Shown here: piece by piece, positions 9,086-18,798 of the stretch | Numbering within the stretch: position 1 is the first letter of the stretch | Layout of the letters: each line of letters starts with the position of its first letter | Assembly: GCA_034422735.1 (NCBI GenBank) | Contig: DAOUJL010000079.1 | Location: 37,699 to 101,698 of the forward strand | DNA: 64,000 bases | Direction of reading: 5' to 3' | Source: Dehalococcoidia bacterium | Lineage (GTDB): Bacteria > Chloroflexota > Dehalococcoidia > Lucifugimonadales > CATOSD01 | Translations under genes and position numbers: made by a program | The notes under the pieces: generated by a model | The model's input: the letters and a program-made list of their open reading frames with translations, nothing else | Database searches by the model: none | What the model was told of the DNA's origin: nothing

Positions 9086-9994
9086 GTGTTGAAGTGGCTT
9101 GAGTTGAGCGTCAGCGCGCCCCCGGAGTTCGTAGAGCCGCTGTCCCACATCTTCTACCGCTACGGGCACGGCGGCGTGGCGCTGGAGCAGCAGGGCGGCT
9201 TCAATCCCGACGAGGGCGAGACGCCCAGCGAGACCGCCTGGGTCACGCTCAAGACCTACCTCCCCATCAACGAGTCCACCGACGAGCGCCGCAACCGCAT
9301 AGACGTTGGCGTGCGGCTGGTGGCGCACGTCGGGCCGGTGACGGAACTGGTGGCCCGCACGGTGGACGAGGACGAGTGGCAGAATAGCTGGAAGGACCAC
9401 TTCCACGTGCTGCGGGTCGGGCAGAGGCTGGTGGTCAAGCCGACCTGGCGGGAGTACGAGCCGCAGCCCGGGGACGTGGTCATCGTGCTCGATCCGGGCA
9501 TGGCGTTCGGCACAGGCCACCATCCCACGACGCGGTCGTGCATGGAGGCGCTGGAGCGGCTGGTCGCGCCGGGAGCGTCGGTGCTCGACTTCGGGTGCGG
9601 CTCCGGCATCCTGTCCATCGCGGCGTCCAGGCTGGGGGCGAGCAGCGTGCTGGGCGTGGAGGCGGACTCGTCGGCGGTGCGTGTGGCGAAACAGAACGCC
9701 CGCGAGAACGGGGTGGAGCACAACGTGCGGTTGGTGGAGGGAACGCTGCCGCGCCCGGAGGTGCGCGCGGGGGAGTTCGACGTGGCGGTGGCGAACATCT
9801 CGGCGAAGGTGGTTTCGGAATCAGCCAGGGAGCTGGTGAGGGCGGTGAAGCGCGGGGGCTACGTCATCGCGTCGGGCATAATCGCGGACAACAGGGGAGT
9901 GGTGGAGGATGCGATGACCGCGGCTGGGGCGACGCTCGCGGAGGCGGTGGTGGACGGCGACTGGGTGACGCTGGTGTACGCCACGCCGGGCTGA
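9086..9994 (+). CDS. prmA: Ribosomal protein L11 methyltransferase
   Basis: LDPGMAFGTGHHPTT, LDFGCGSGILSI, VANI; directly downstream of dnaJ. Confidence 0.95.
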   Translation: MLKWLELSVSAPPEFVEPLSHIFYRYGHGGVALEQQGGFNPDEGETPSETAWVTLKTYLPINESTDERRNRIDVGVRLVAHVGPVTELVARTVDEDEWQNSWKDHFHVLRVGQRLVVKPTWREYEPQPGDVVIVLDPGMAFGTGHHPTTRSCMEALERLVAPGASVLDFGCGSGILSIAASRLGASSVLGVEADSSAVRVAKQNARENGVEHNVRLVEGTLPRPEVRAGEFDVAVANISAKVVSESARELVRAVKRGGYVIASGIIADNRGVVEDAMTAAGATLAEAVVDGDWVTLVYATPG

Positions 9995-10022
9995 GCGCCG
10001 CCAGGCACCCGATTGGCGGGGT

Positions 10023-11039
10023 TTAGGCCTCCATGCCCGTGAGCTCGGGGCGCGGCGCGCGTTCGAGCAGGTCGGCGATGACCTCGGTCACGTTGGTGCC
10101 CTCGAAGAGCACCCTGTGAGTCGCCTGGGCGATGGGCATTTCGACCCCCATGCGGGCGGCCAGCGGCACGGTCGCCGCCGTGGTATCCACGCCCTCGGCC
10201 ACGCTCGTCATGGAGGCGCGGATCTGCTCGAGGGTGCGGCCCTTGGATAGCTGGACGCCGAACTGGTGATTGCGGCTGAGCGGGCTGGCGCAGGTGGCGA
10301 TGAGGTCGCCCATACCGGCGAGTCCCGACAGGGTGAGCGGGTTTGCGCCGGCGGCGACGCTGAGGCGGGCGATTTCGGCGAGGCCCCTGGTTATGAACCC
10401 GGCCTTGGCGTTGTCGCCGAGGCCCATGCCCTCGCAGACGCCGGCTCCGAGAGCGATGATGTTCTTGAGCGCTCCCCCGAACTCGACGCCGACCACGTCG
10501 TCGTTGGTGTAGACGCGGAACCGCGGCGAGTTGACGATGTCCTGGGCCGTGCGTGCGGCGTCGGCGTTGCGGGAGGCTATCACTGTGGATGCCGGCCGCT
10601 CCTCGATCACCTCGCGCGCCAGGTTGGGGCCGGACAGGACGCACACGCCGGGTCGCAGCGCGTCGGGAAGCTCGTCCTCCAGGACCTGGCTCATGCGCTT
10701 GCCGGTGGCTATCTCGATGCCCTTGGTGGCGCTGACGACGATGGCGTGTTCGGAGATGTCGCCGGAAACACCGCTTACGTTCTGCCGGAATGCGCGGGAG
10801 GGCGTGGCGATAATGACGAGGTCTGCGGCACCCAGCGCGTCGTGGGCGGAGGATGTGACGCGCAGGGTTTCGGGGAACGGCGCGCCGGGGAGAAAGCGAG
10901 ACTGCTCACCGTCGTCGCTGAGAGTGCGGGCCTCCGTCTCGGTGCGCGCGAGCAGGCGCACGGCGTGACCGCGCCTCGCCGTGATAATGGCGAGGCTTGT
11001 GCCCCATGCGCCTGTGCCAACTACGCCAATTGCGGCCAT
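10023..11039 (-). CDS. gpsA: NAD(P)H-dependent glycerol-3-phosphate dehydrogenase
   Basis: GTGAWGT, ATKGIE, SGPNLA, GGALKNIIA, GMGDLIATC..SRN. Confidence 0.97.
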   Translation of the reverse strand: MAAIGVVGTGAWGTSLAIITARRGHAVRLLARTETEARTLSDDGEQSRFLPGAPFPETLRVTSSAHDALGAADLVIIATPSRAFRQNVSGVSGDISEHAIVVSATKGIEIATGKRMSQVLEDELPDALRPGVCVLSGPNLAREVIEERPASTVIASRNADAARTAQDIVNSPRFRVYTNDDVVGVEFGGALKNIIALGAGVCEGMGLGDNAKAGFITRGLAEIARLSVAAGANPLTLSGLAGMGDLIATCASPLSRNHQFGVQLSKGRTLEQIRASMTSVAEGVDTTAATVPLAARMGVEMPIAQATHRVLFEGTNVTEVIADLLERAPRPELTGMEA

Positions 11040-11093
11040 CGGTCTACCTCGCGGGGAATTTACCACACTCGGGGCAAGGATGGGCAGCGGCAG

Positions 11094-11717
11094 TCAGACG
11101 GATTGGCCGAGCTTGCGCTCCTCCCCTTTGAGGAGACGCTCGATGTTTCCCCGGTGCTTTCCGACCACGAAGGCGCAGCCGATTGCGGCGAACCAGATGA
11201 GACCCATGGGCGCCGATCCGGTGAGGCACAGGACGGCCAGCAAGGCGCAGCCGACCAGGGTGGCAACGACGGACCCGAGAGAAACGTAGCGCGTCAGGGC
11301 GACGAGGGAGAGGCCGACGACGCTGGCCACCAGGCCGGCAATCGGCCAGAGGATGAGCAGCGAGCCCCAGCCGGTGGCGGTGCCGCGACCGCCTCGGAAT
11401 CCTATGAAGACGGGCCAGTTGTGCCCGGCGATGGCGGCAAGACCGGCGACAGCCTGCGCCGCATCCGGCGCGCCGAGGCCGTAGCGGGCCAGTGCGACCG
11501 CGCCCACCCCCTTGCCCATGTCAAGCAGCAGCACGAGCGCGCCGACCGGGAAGCCCACCGTGCGTATCACGTTGGTCATGCCGGTGCTGCCGCTTCCGTG
11601 GTCGCGCACGTCGATGTGCCCGAACAGCTTTCCGGCGATCACGCCGAAGGGAATCGAGCCCAGCAGATAGCAGACCAGGACCAGTATCGGGACCAGTACG
11701 GGATGGTAGTCGATCAC
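11094..11717 (-). CDS. plsY: Glycerol-3-phosphate 1-O-acyltransferase
   Basis: YLLGSIPFG, GSGSTGMTN, GHNWPVF..FRGGRG, HRGNIERL..GEE. Confidence 0.96.
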   Translation of the reverse strand: MIDYHPVLVPILVLVCYLLGSIPFGVIAGKLFGHIDVRDHGSGSTGMTNVIRTVGFPVGALVLLLDMGKGVGAVALARYGLGAPDAAQAVAGLAAIAGHNWPVFIGFRGGRGTATGWGSLLILWPIAGLVASVVGLSLVALTRYVSLGSVVATLVGCALLAVLCLTGSAPMGLIWFAAIGCAFVVGKHRGNIERLLKGEERKLGQSV

Positions 11718-13042
11718 TGTTCGCCCCTGCCTTTGAAGCGCATTCTGAGAGGGCTGCCCTTGAAGACGAACGCCCGGCGGATCCGGTTTTCAAGGTAGCG
11801 CGTATACGAAAAGTGGGCAAGGCTTGAGCTGTTCACGTAGAAGGTGAAGCTGGGCGGCAGGGTGTTGTCCTGAGTGACGCCGTAGATTTTCAGCGCGCGC
11901 CTGCCGGACGACGCGGGAGGGTGGTCGGCCACGGCGTTGAGCACCTGCCGCCGCAGCTCGTAGCGGGGCAGGCTCTTGCCGCACTCCTCGTAAACCTCCC
12001 ACGCGGTGCGCAGAAGCTCCTCTATGCCCTCCCGTTCGAGACCAGAGGTAAAGCAGATGGGCGCGAAGGACGCGAACCTGAATCGGTGGCGCAGCTCCTG
12101 GGTCGCGGACTCACGGTCGAGCGACAGGTCCGGTGCGAGATCCCACTTGTTCACGGCGATGACGATGCCCTTGTAGGCGTCCAGGACGTAGCTTGCGACG
12201 TGCGTGTCCTGGTTCGTGGCGAGCTCCGAGGCGTCGAGCACCAGCACGGCCACGTCGGCGCGATCGATGGCGCGCATGGAGCGGAGCACGCTGTAGCGCT
12301 CGATGCCCGGCTCGGTTCTGCCCCTGCGCCTCATGCCGGCGGTGTCGATGAGCAGGATGGATCGTCCCTCGAACTCGATCAGCTCGTCCAGCGAGTCGCG
12401 GGTGGTGCCAGGCACCTCGCTGACTATGGCGCGGTGACCGCCGGTGATGGCGTTGAGAAGCATGGACTTTCCAACGTTGGTGCGGCCCACGATGGCGAGG
12501 CGCAGGTCGGCCTCCGGCTCGGGGTGGTAGGACGGTTCGGGAACGATTTCGGCCACGCGCGCCATCAGGTCGTCGACGCCGATGTTGTGGTACGCGCTCA
12601 CCGGGATAGGCTCGCCAAGGCCGAGCTCGTAGAACTCCAGGGCCAGGGTCTCGCGGCGAGGGTTGTCGGCCTTGTTTACGGCGAGCACGATGGGCTTGCC
12701 CACGGCGCGCAGGGAGTCGGCGGCGTCCCTGTCGGGCGCGGTGAGCCCGGCCTCGGCGTCGGCGACCATTACGATCACGTCAGCGTCCTCTAGGGCGATG
12801 TCGATCTGGCGTCTCACGCCCTGCCAGAGATCGGTTTCGGGAAAGCGGTCGATGCCGCCCGTGTCCACGAGGACGAAGGACTTGCCGGACCACTCGGTCT
12901 CGCCGATGACGCGGTCGCGCGTGGTGCCGGCCGTCTCAGACTCGATCGCGTCGCGGCGACCGACCAGCCGGTTGAACAACGTGGATTTGCCTACGTTGGG
13001 CCGCCCGACAATGGCGATCGTGGGCTTTGGAGTGGATAGCAT
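11714..13042 (-). CDS. der: Ribosome biogenesis GTPase Der (EngA)
   Basis: Two GTPase domains (GRPNVGKS/DTGG and GRTNVGKS/DTAG) plus a KH-like C-terminus. Confidence 0.97.
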   Translation of the reverse strand: MLSTPKPTIAIVGRPNVGKSTLFNRLVGRRDAIESETAGTTRDRVIGETEWSGKSFVLVDTGGIDRFPETDLWQGVRRQIDIALEDADVIVMVADAEAGLTAPDRDAADSLRAVGKPIVLAVNKADNPRRETLALEFYELGLGEPIPVSAYHNIGVDDLMARVAEIVPEPSYHPEPEADLRLAIVGRTNVGKSMLLNAITGGHRAIVSEVPGTTRDSLDELIEFEGRSILLIDTAGMRRRGRTEPGIERYSVLRSMRAIDRADVAVLVLDASELATNQDTHVASYVLDAYKGIVIAVNKWDLAPDLSLDRESATQELRHRFRFASFAPICFTSGLEREGIEELLRTAWEVYEECGKSLPRYELRRQVLNAVADHPPASSGRRALKIYGVTQDNTLPPSFTFYVNSSSLAHFSYTRYLENRIRRAFVFKGSPLRMRFKGRGEQ

Positions 13043-13075
13043 GGCGTGGAGCGTACCGTGTTGTGGTCGGCTCGT

Positions 13076-13987
13076 TTAGGCGAAGAGCCGTGCGAGAATG
13101 GCCTTCTGGCCGTGCAGGCGGTTCTCGGCCTGTTGGAACACGACCGAGCCGGGATGGTCCAGCATGTCTTCGGAAATCTCCTCGCCCCTGTGGGCGGGCA
13201 TGTCGTGCATGAACAGCGCGCCCGGCCTGGCTTCGTCCATGAGGGCCTCGTCGACCCGGTAGCCGGAGAAGGCCTCGAGGCGCGCCGCGCTCTCCTCCTC
13301 CTGGCCCATGCTCACCCAGACGTCGGTGTAGACCACGTCGGCGTCGCGCACGCCGTCCGGCGGGTCCGGCGTCCAGTTCAGCCTGGACTCGCTCAGCGCG
13401 GCGCGGCGCTCCGCCTCCTCCCAGACCATGGACGGGATGCGGTAGTCCGCCGGGCTGGCCACGGTGAAGTTGGCCCCGACGGAGGCGCAGCCGAGCGCGA
13501 GGCTGCCCGCGATGTTGTTGCCGTCGCCGACGAAGGCGACGTTCAGACCGTCCAGGCCGCCGCGGTGCTCGTACATCGTCAGCAGATCTCCGACTGCCTG
13601 GCACGGGTGGCCCAGGTCGGAAAGTGCGTTGATGATGGGTATTGCGGCCTGCTCTCCGAGGATTTCGAGGCTGCGGTGTGAGAAGACGCGCGCCACGATG
13701 CCGTCGACGAGCCGCTCGAGCACGCGGGCCACGTCGGAGACGGGCTCGCGGACGCCGAGACCGATGTCGGACTGGCTGAGGTAGATGCAATCTCCGCCCA
13801 TCTGACGTATGCCAACCTCGAAGCTGACTCGCGTTCGGAGCGACGGCTTTTCGAAGATGAGCGCGATGGTCTTGCCCTCCAGCGGGCGGGCTTGCTTGCC
13901 GCGCTTCAACTCGTCGGCGCTCTCCACGAGGAGTTTAACTTCCTCGGGTTCGAGGTCGGCCAGGGTCAGCAGGTCTTTGCCTCTCAT
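13076..13987 (-). CDS. argF: Ornithine carbamoyltransferase
   Basis: FEKPSLRTRVSF, HPCQ, YTDVWVSMG, HDMPAHRGEE. Confidence 0.95.
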   Translation of the reverse strand: MRGKDLLTLADLEPEEVKLLVESADELKRGKQARPLEGKTIALIFEKPSLRTRVSFEVGIRQMGGDCIYLSQSDIGLGVREPVSDVARVLERLVDGIVARVFSHRSLEILGEQAAIPIINALSDLGHPCQAVGDLLTMYEHRGGLDGLNVAFVGDGNNIAGSLALGCASVGANFTVASPADYRIPSMVWEEAERRAALSESRLNWTPDPPDGVRDADVVYTDVWVSMGQEEESAARLEAFSGYRVDEALMDEARPGALFMHDMPAHRGEEISEDMLDHPGSVVFQQAENRLHGQKAILARLFA

Positions 13988-14004
13988 TTTGAGTTACCTT
14001 TCGT

Positions 14005-14028
14005 GGGCGGTTCGCGGACCGCCCCTAC
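14005..14028 (-). repeat. GTAG-tagged REP palindrome overlapping the gyrA stop codon
   Basis: Minus strand reads GTAGGGGCGGTCCGCGAACCGCCC. Confidence 0.7.
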
Positions 14029-16562
14029 GCCTTGGCGCCGCCCTTGCCGTTGGGCTGGCTGGCGTCGGGCTTGGCGAGGCCGCTGATGCAGGCGACGGAC
14101 GCCACGGCGTCGCCTGGACGCAGGTTGAAGATGGTGACGCCCTGGGCTATGCGGCCAGTGTTTCGTATCTCTGAGGTGCTGGTCCGGAGCACCTGCGCCT
14201 GCTCGGAGACGACGTAGATTTCCATGCCGTCCTCGATCACCTTGGCGTCGGCGACCGGACCGGCCTTGCCGGCGGTGTTGAGCGTCTTTATGCCCTTGCC
14301 GCCTATGCCCTGCTGGCGGTATAGCTCCATGTCGGTCAGCTTGCCGTAGCCGTGCTTGCCGATGACCAGCAGCTTGCTGTCCGGCCTGGCGACGTCCATG
14401 GCGACGACTTCGGCGTCGGCCAACTTTCTCGGCTTTGCCCTGGAGCCTTTTCGGGGCTTGCTGTACCTACTCAGGTCCATGCCCTTGATGCCTCCCGCGG
14501 CTCGACCTCTCGGCCTGACGGCGGCGGCGGGGAAGCGGATGGATATGCCGTCTTCGGTGACCATGATGACGTGATCGTCCTGGTTCGCCAAGCGGGCGGT
14601 GACGAGCTCGTCTTCGGCATCTAGCCTCATGATGATGAGGCCGGAGGGCCGGATGGTGGAAATCTCCCTGAGTGAAACGCGCTTTACCTTGCCCTTCCTG
14701 GTGGCCATGACTAGGTAGGAGTTCTCCTCTTCCAGACCGGCGACGCCTATGATGGCGTTCACGCGCTCGGCGTCGGAAATGGGCAGCACGTTGAACACGG
14801 GAACGCCGCGCGTGTTGCGCGAGGTGTCGGCGCGCAGCTCGTAGGCCTTGATGGAGAGGATGCGGCCGGTGTTGGTGAAGAACAAGAGCCGGTCGTGGCT
14901 ATCGACGACCAGGATGTGCTTGACGGGGTCGTCGTCCTTGGTGTTCATGCTGGAGACGCCCTTGCCGCCCCTGTGCTGATTGCGGTAGGTGTCTGCGGCG
15001 ATCCGCTTGATATAACCACCCTGGCTGAAGGTGACGACGAGCTGCTCGTGAGGCTCCAGCTCCTCGCGGCTGATGTCGTGGCCCTCGTTGCTGATTTCGG
15101 TGCGGCGAGGTTCGCCAAAGCTCCTCTTCAACTTGCGGGTCTCCTTCTTGACCTCGCCGAGAATCTTGTCGGGGCTGGCGAGTAGCTCTTCCATGCCGCG
15201 GATGCTCTCCTGGAGCTCGCGGTACTCCGTTTCGAGTCGCTCGCGTTCGAGGGCGGCGATGCGGCGGAGCTGCATGTCCAGAATGGCGCGGGCCTGCACG
15301 TCGTCCAGGCCGAACTCGGACATGAGGCCGTCGCGCGCCGCGTCGGCGTTGGCGGAGCCGCGTATGAGCTGGATCACGCGGTCCAGGTTTCCGATGGCGA
15401 TTCGAAGTCCCGCGAGTATGTGCGCCCGCTCCCTTGCGCGCTTGAGGTCGTACTCGGTGCGGCGCACGACGACCTGCTCGCGGAAGGCGATGAAGTTTTG
15501 CAGGGCGGACTTGAGAGTGACGGTCTCGGGCGTGCCGCCGACGAGCGCGAGCATATTTGCGGAGAAGGTGCTCTGCATCGCGGTGAGCTTGTACAGGTTG
15601 TTCAGCACCACCATGGGCTGCACGCCGCCGCGCAGCTCTATGACCACGCGCATGCCGTCGCGGTTGGACTCATCGCGGATCTCGGAAACGCCGTCGATGC
15701 GCTTGTCCTTGGCTAGCTGTGCGATCTTTTCCACCAGGGTGGCCTTGTTCACCTGGTATGGCAGTTCTGAGACGACTATCTTCAGCCGGCGGGAGCGCGG
15801 CGTCTCCTCGACCTCGGCCCTGGCGCGCATGATTATCTGGCCGCGGCCGGAGATGTAGGCGTTGCGTATACCCTCGCGGCCCATGATCGTGCCGCCAGTG
15901 GGGAAATCGGGTCCCTTGACGTGGCGCATGAGCTCTTCGGGGGTGCTGTCGGGCTTGTCTATGAGCTTGATGATGGCGTCGCACACCTCGGCGGGGTTGT
16001 GCGGTGGTATGTTTGTGGCCATGCCGACGGCGATCCCGGACGCGCCGTTGATGAGCAGATTCGGCAGTCGCGCGGGCAGTACGGTCGGTTCGCGCAGCGA
16101 GCCGTCGAAGTTGTCGATGAAATCGACGGTGTCCTGATCAAGGTTGGCGAGCATCTCCTCGGCGGGAGCGGCCAGCCTCGCCTCGGTGTAGCGAAGTGCC
16201 GCGGGCGGGTCGCCGTCCACGCTGCCGAAGTTCCCCTGTCCGTCCACTAGCGGCAGGCGCATGGACCATTCCTGGGCCATGCGAACCATGGCGTCGTAGA
16301 CGGCGGCGTCGTTGTGTGGATGGTACTTGCCGAGCACCTCGCCGACGAGACGGGCGCTCTTCTTGTAGGCGGAGTTGGGCCTCATGCCCAGCTCGTGCAT
16401 CGCGTAGAGGATGCGCCGCTGTACAGGCTTCAGGCCGTCGCGGACGTCGGGGAGCGCCCTCGACACGATCACGCTCATGGCGTAGTCGAGGTAGGAGCTG
16501 CGCATCTCCTCTTCGATCTGCGTCGGCTTGATGTTCCCGAACTCTGTCTTGGTAGTTGTCAT
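14025..16562 (-). CDS. gyrA: DNA gyrase subunit A
   Basis: [17 protein letters not shown], catalytic RYTEAR, GyrA-box QHRGGKG, beta-pinwheel repeats. Confidence 0.97.
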   Translation of the reverse strand: MTTTKTEFGNIKPTQIEEEMRSSYLDYAMSVIVSRALPDVRDGLKPVQRRILYAMHELGMRPNSAYKKSARLVGEVLGKYHPHNDAAVYDAMVRMAQEWSMRLPLVDGQGNFGSVDGDPPAALRYTEARLAAPAEEMLANLDQDTVDFIDNFDGSLREPTVLPARLPNLLINGASGIAVGMATNIPPHNPAEVCDAIIKLIDKPDSTPEELMRHVKGPDFPTGGTIMGREGIRNAYISGRGQIIMRARAEVEETPRSRRLKIVVSELPYQVNKATLVEKIAQLAKDKRIDGVSEIRDESNRDGMRVVIELRGGVQPMVVLNNLYKLTAMQSTFSANMLALVGGTPETVTLKSALQNFIAFREQVVVRRTEYDLKRARERAHILAGLRIAIGNLDRVIQLIRGSANADAARDGLMSEFGLDDVQARAILDMQLRRIAALERERLETEYRELQESIRGMEELLASPDKILGEVKKETRKLKRSFGEPRRTEISNEGHDISREELEPHEQLVVTFSQGGYIKRIAADTYRNQHRGGKGVSSMNTKDDDPVKHILVVDSHDRLLFFTNTGRILSIKAYELRADTSRNTRGVPVFNVLPISDAERVNAIIGVAGLEEENSYLVMATRKGKVKRVSLREISTIRPSGLIIMRLDAEDELVTARLANQDDHVIMVTEDGISIRFPAAAVRPRGRAAGGIKGMDLSRYSKPRKGSRAKPRKLADAEVVAMDVARPDSKLLVIGKHGYGKLTDMELYRQQGIGGKGIKTLNTAGKAGPVADAKVIEDGMEIYVVSEQAQVLRTSTSEIRNTGRIAQGVTIFNLRPGDAVASVACISGLAKPDASQPNGKGGAKA

Positions 16563-16858
16563 GGATGGCTCCTGGGGTGGTGCTGACGCGGAGCGGGGGC
16601 GGCGGCGCAGTCCGCGCGGCGAGTAGTGCGTCCCTCGCTCCGGGGATGTGGAGACGGCCTTGCGCGCGGGCTTCGGGCCGCCATGCTTAACCTATCACTG
16701 ATAAGTCTATTTTACCACTTGCCCAGCGACCTGTTTGGCGCGAATCGAGGCCGCGCAGAGCCGTTAGCCAAGCGAGAGGTTTGGGCGTATAATGGGCCGT
16801 GTTCCCACAGGGCCAGCGGCGCGTTGGTCACGCATCGAGGCAGGCAAGGAGAGTTCAC

Positions 16859-18181
16859 ATGCCCACACAGCAGCACCAGACGGAGATCGACCGCTACATG
16901 GCCAGCACTCCCAAGTCCAGGGAGGTGCTCGCCGAGGCGGCGAAATACCTGCCGGGAGGCAGCACGCGGGGCGCACAGTACTTTCCACCTTACCCCTTTG
17001 TCGCGGAGAGGGGCGAGGGCCTGTACATGTACGACATCGACGGCAACCGCTACCTGGACTACGTGATCAACGCAACCAGCCTGATCCTGGGCCACGCTCA
17101 CCCGCGCGTGGTGAAGGCGATCCAGGACAAGGCGGACTTCGGCACGGCGTTCAGCGTGCCCACCGAGGACCAGACTCGGCTGGCGAAGATTCTGTGCGAG
17201 CGGATCCCGTCCCTGGAGCGCGTGCGCTTCACCAACTCCGGCACCGAGGGAACCCTGATGGCGATAAGGGCCGCGCGTGCCTACACCGGGCGGCACAAGA
17301 TAGCCAAGTTCGAGGGCGCGTACCACGGCTCCCACGAGTACGTTCAGGTGAGCGTGTCGCCGTCGGCGGACAGTCTCGACCCGAACGGGACGACGGGCGT
17401 GCCCGAATACGACGGCATGCCGCCCAGCGTCCTCGAGGACGTGGTAGTGCTTCCGTACAACGACCTGGCGACGAGTGAACGGCTGCTGCGGGAGAACAAG
17501 GACGATGTCTCGTGCCTGGTCATGGAGGCAATCTCGTCGAGCTTCGGCTATCTCCCCGCCGAGAAGGAGTTCCTGCAGGGGATTCGCGACGTCACCGAGG
17601 AGCTCGGGATCATCCTGATATTCGACGAGGTGCAGAGCCTGCGCGTGGCGCCGGGCGGCGCGCAGGAGTTGCTCGGAGTCACGCCGGACATGACGGCGAT
17701 GGGCAAGATCATCGGCGGCGGCACGCCGGTTGGCGCGTTCGGCGGGCGCGAGGACCTGATGGCGCTTTACGACCCGACGGAAAACGGCCCGACGCTGGCG
17801 CACGCCGGCACCTTCAACGGCAATCCGCTGACGATGGCGGCAGGCTGCGTGGTGATGGAGGAGCTGACGCCCGAGGTTTACGCGCGCATGAGCGACCTGG
17901 GCGATTCGCTGCGCGGCAAGATGCGGGCGGTGTTCGATGAGTTGGAGGTGCCCGCGCAGGTGACCGGCATCGCGTCGCTGTTCGGCATCCACTTCACGTC
18001 CGAGGAGATCACGGACTACCGCTCGACGCTGACGGGCGACAAGGCGCTGAACCAGGCGCTGTTCACCGGTCTGCTCAACGAGGGAGTGCTGCTCGGCGGC
18101 GCGCTGAGCGCGCTCACCGAGGACGAGCACGTCGACACGCTGGTCGACGCCACGCGCCGGGTGATCCAGCGCGTGCGGTAG
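16859..18181 (+). CDS. Class III PLP aminotransferase (HemL/GSA-aminomutase-like paralog)
   Basis: RFTNSGTE, KFEGAYHG, IFDEV, GKIIGGG, HAGTFNGNP. Start at ATG 16859 after AAGGAG. Confidence 0.9.
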   Translation: MPTQQHQTEIDRYMASTPKSREVLAEAAKYLPGGSTRGAQYFPPYPFVAERGEGLYMYDIDGNRYLDYVINATSLILGHAHPRVVKAIQDKADFGTAFSVPTEDQTRLAKILCERIPSLERVRFTNSGTEGTLMAIRAARAYTGRHKIAKFEGAYHGSHEYVQVSVSPSADSLDPNGTTGVPEYDGMPPSVLEDVVVLPYNDLATSERLLRENKDDVSCLVMEAISSSFGYLPAEKEFLQGIRDVTEELGIILIFDEVQSLRVAPGGAQELLGVTPDMTAMGKIIGGGTPVGAFGGREDLMALYDPTENGPTLAHAGTFNGNPLTMAAGCVVMEELTPEVYARMSDLGDSLRGKMRAVFDELEVPAQVTGIASLFGIHFTSEEITDYRSTLTGDKALNQALFTGLLNEGVLLGGALSALTEDEHVDTLVDATRRVIQRVR

Positions 18182-18190
18182 AGAGGCGAT

Positions 18191-18233
18191 CTCTCCCCCA
18201 TCCTGGTCTTCTCCTGCTCAAGGGGAAAGAGAC
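18191..18233. repeat. BoxC-like CCCTCTCCC/GGGAGAGGG-family repeat (degenerate)
   Basis: CTCTCCCCCATCCTGGTCTTCTCC...AAGGGGAAAGAGAC resembles 36376-36419. Confidence 0.5.
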
Positions 18234-18237
18234 AATC

Positions 18238-18262
18238 GGGCGGGTCTGTGACCCGCCCTTAC
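18238..18262 (-). repeat. GTAG-type REP palindrome
   Basis: GGGCGGGTC-TGT-GACCCGCCC-TTAC, a perfect 9-bp stem between convergent genes. Confidence 0.7.
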
Positions 18263-18300
18263 AGTTTCGACTGGCCGTCAGGCTTACCGCGGATCGTACC

Positions 18301-18777
18301 CTACTCGGTGTGCTCCAGCTGGCGGCGGCCGCCGTCGGCGGCGATGTGCATGGAGTCCGCCACCGTGAGCCCCAGAAACACCCAGCCGGAGTAGTGTGCA
18401 ACGGGCACCCAATCGAACTCCATCGCCACGAGCATCACCACCGGGGGAATCCACAGACCCATGATGAGCACCCGCGTAATGGTACCAATGACGTGCTCGT
18501 GGCTTATGCCGCGATGCTTGAACAGAATGCCGTAGGGCAGCGTCCAGATGTACAGGAACAGGCCCCAGAAGCCTTGGCGCTCGGCGAAGGTGCGCCTTGC
18601 GATGTCCTGGTCTGGGTTGATGCCTATGGTGGACAGCAGGTATCCGCCGCCCAGCGCGGCCAGGCTCTGCCACCAACCGACCGAGTACTCCTCTCCAAAG
18701 AACCACGCCAGCGCAACCGCGCCGGGAATTATCAGGGCGGTTACGTTGACGAGTCTGTGCGTTCTGCCGGAGGACAC
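18301..18777 (-). CDS. DUF2227-family putative metal-binding membrane protein
   Basis: N-terminal SGRTH, PDQD, HRGISH and C-terminal H..AD motifs with hydrophobic segments. Confidence 0.75.
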   Translation of the reverse strand: MSSGRTHRLVNVTALIIPGAVALAWFFGEEYSVGWWQSLAALGGGYLLSTIGINPDQDIARRTFAERQGFWGLFLYIWTLPYGILFKHRGISHEHVIGTITRVLIMGLWIPPVVMLVAMEFDWVPVAHYSGWVFLGLTVADSMHIAADGGRRQLEHTE

Positions 18778-18798
18778 TCGGGGCTGTGGGCCGGCGGG

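Noticed and set aside
7829-9721. Long antisense or alternate-frame ORFs (e.g. 7829-9721 minus, 43851-45254 minus, 23835-25370 minus, 49875-51275 minus)
   Set aside because: These are shadow ORFs typical of high-GC DNA, lying opposite well-supported genes and lacking motifs.
14025-16562. Possible parC rather than gyrA
   Set aside because: The GyrA-box (QHRGGKG) is present.
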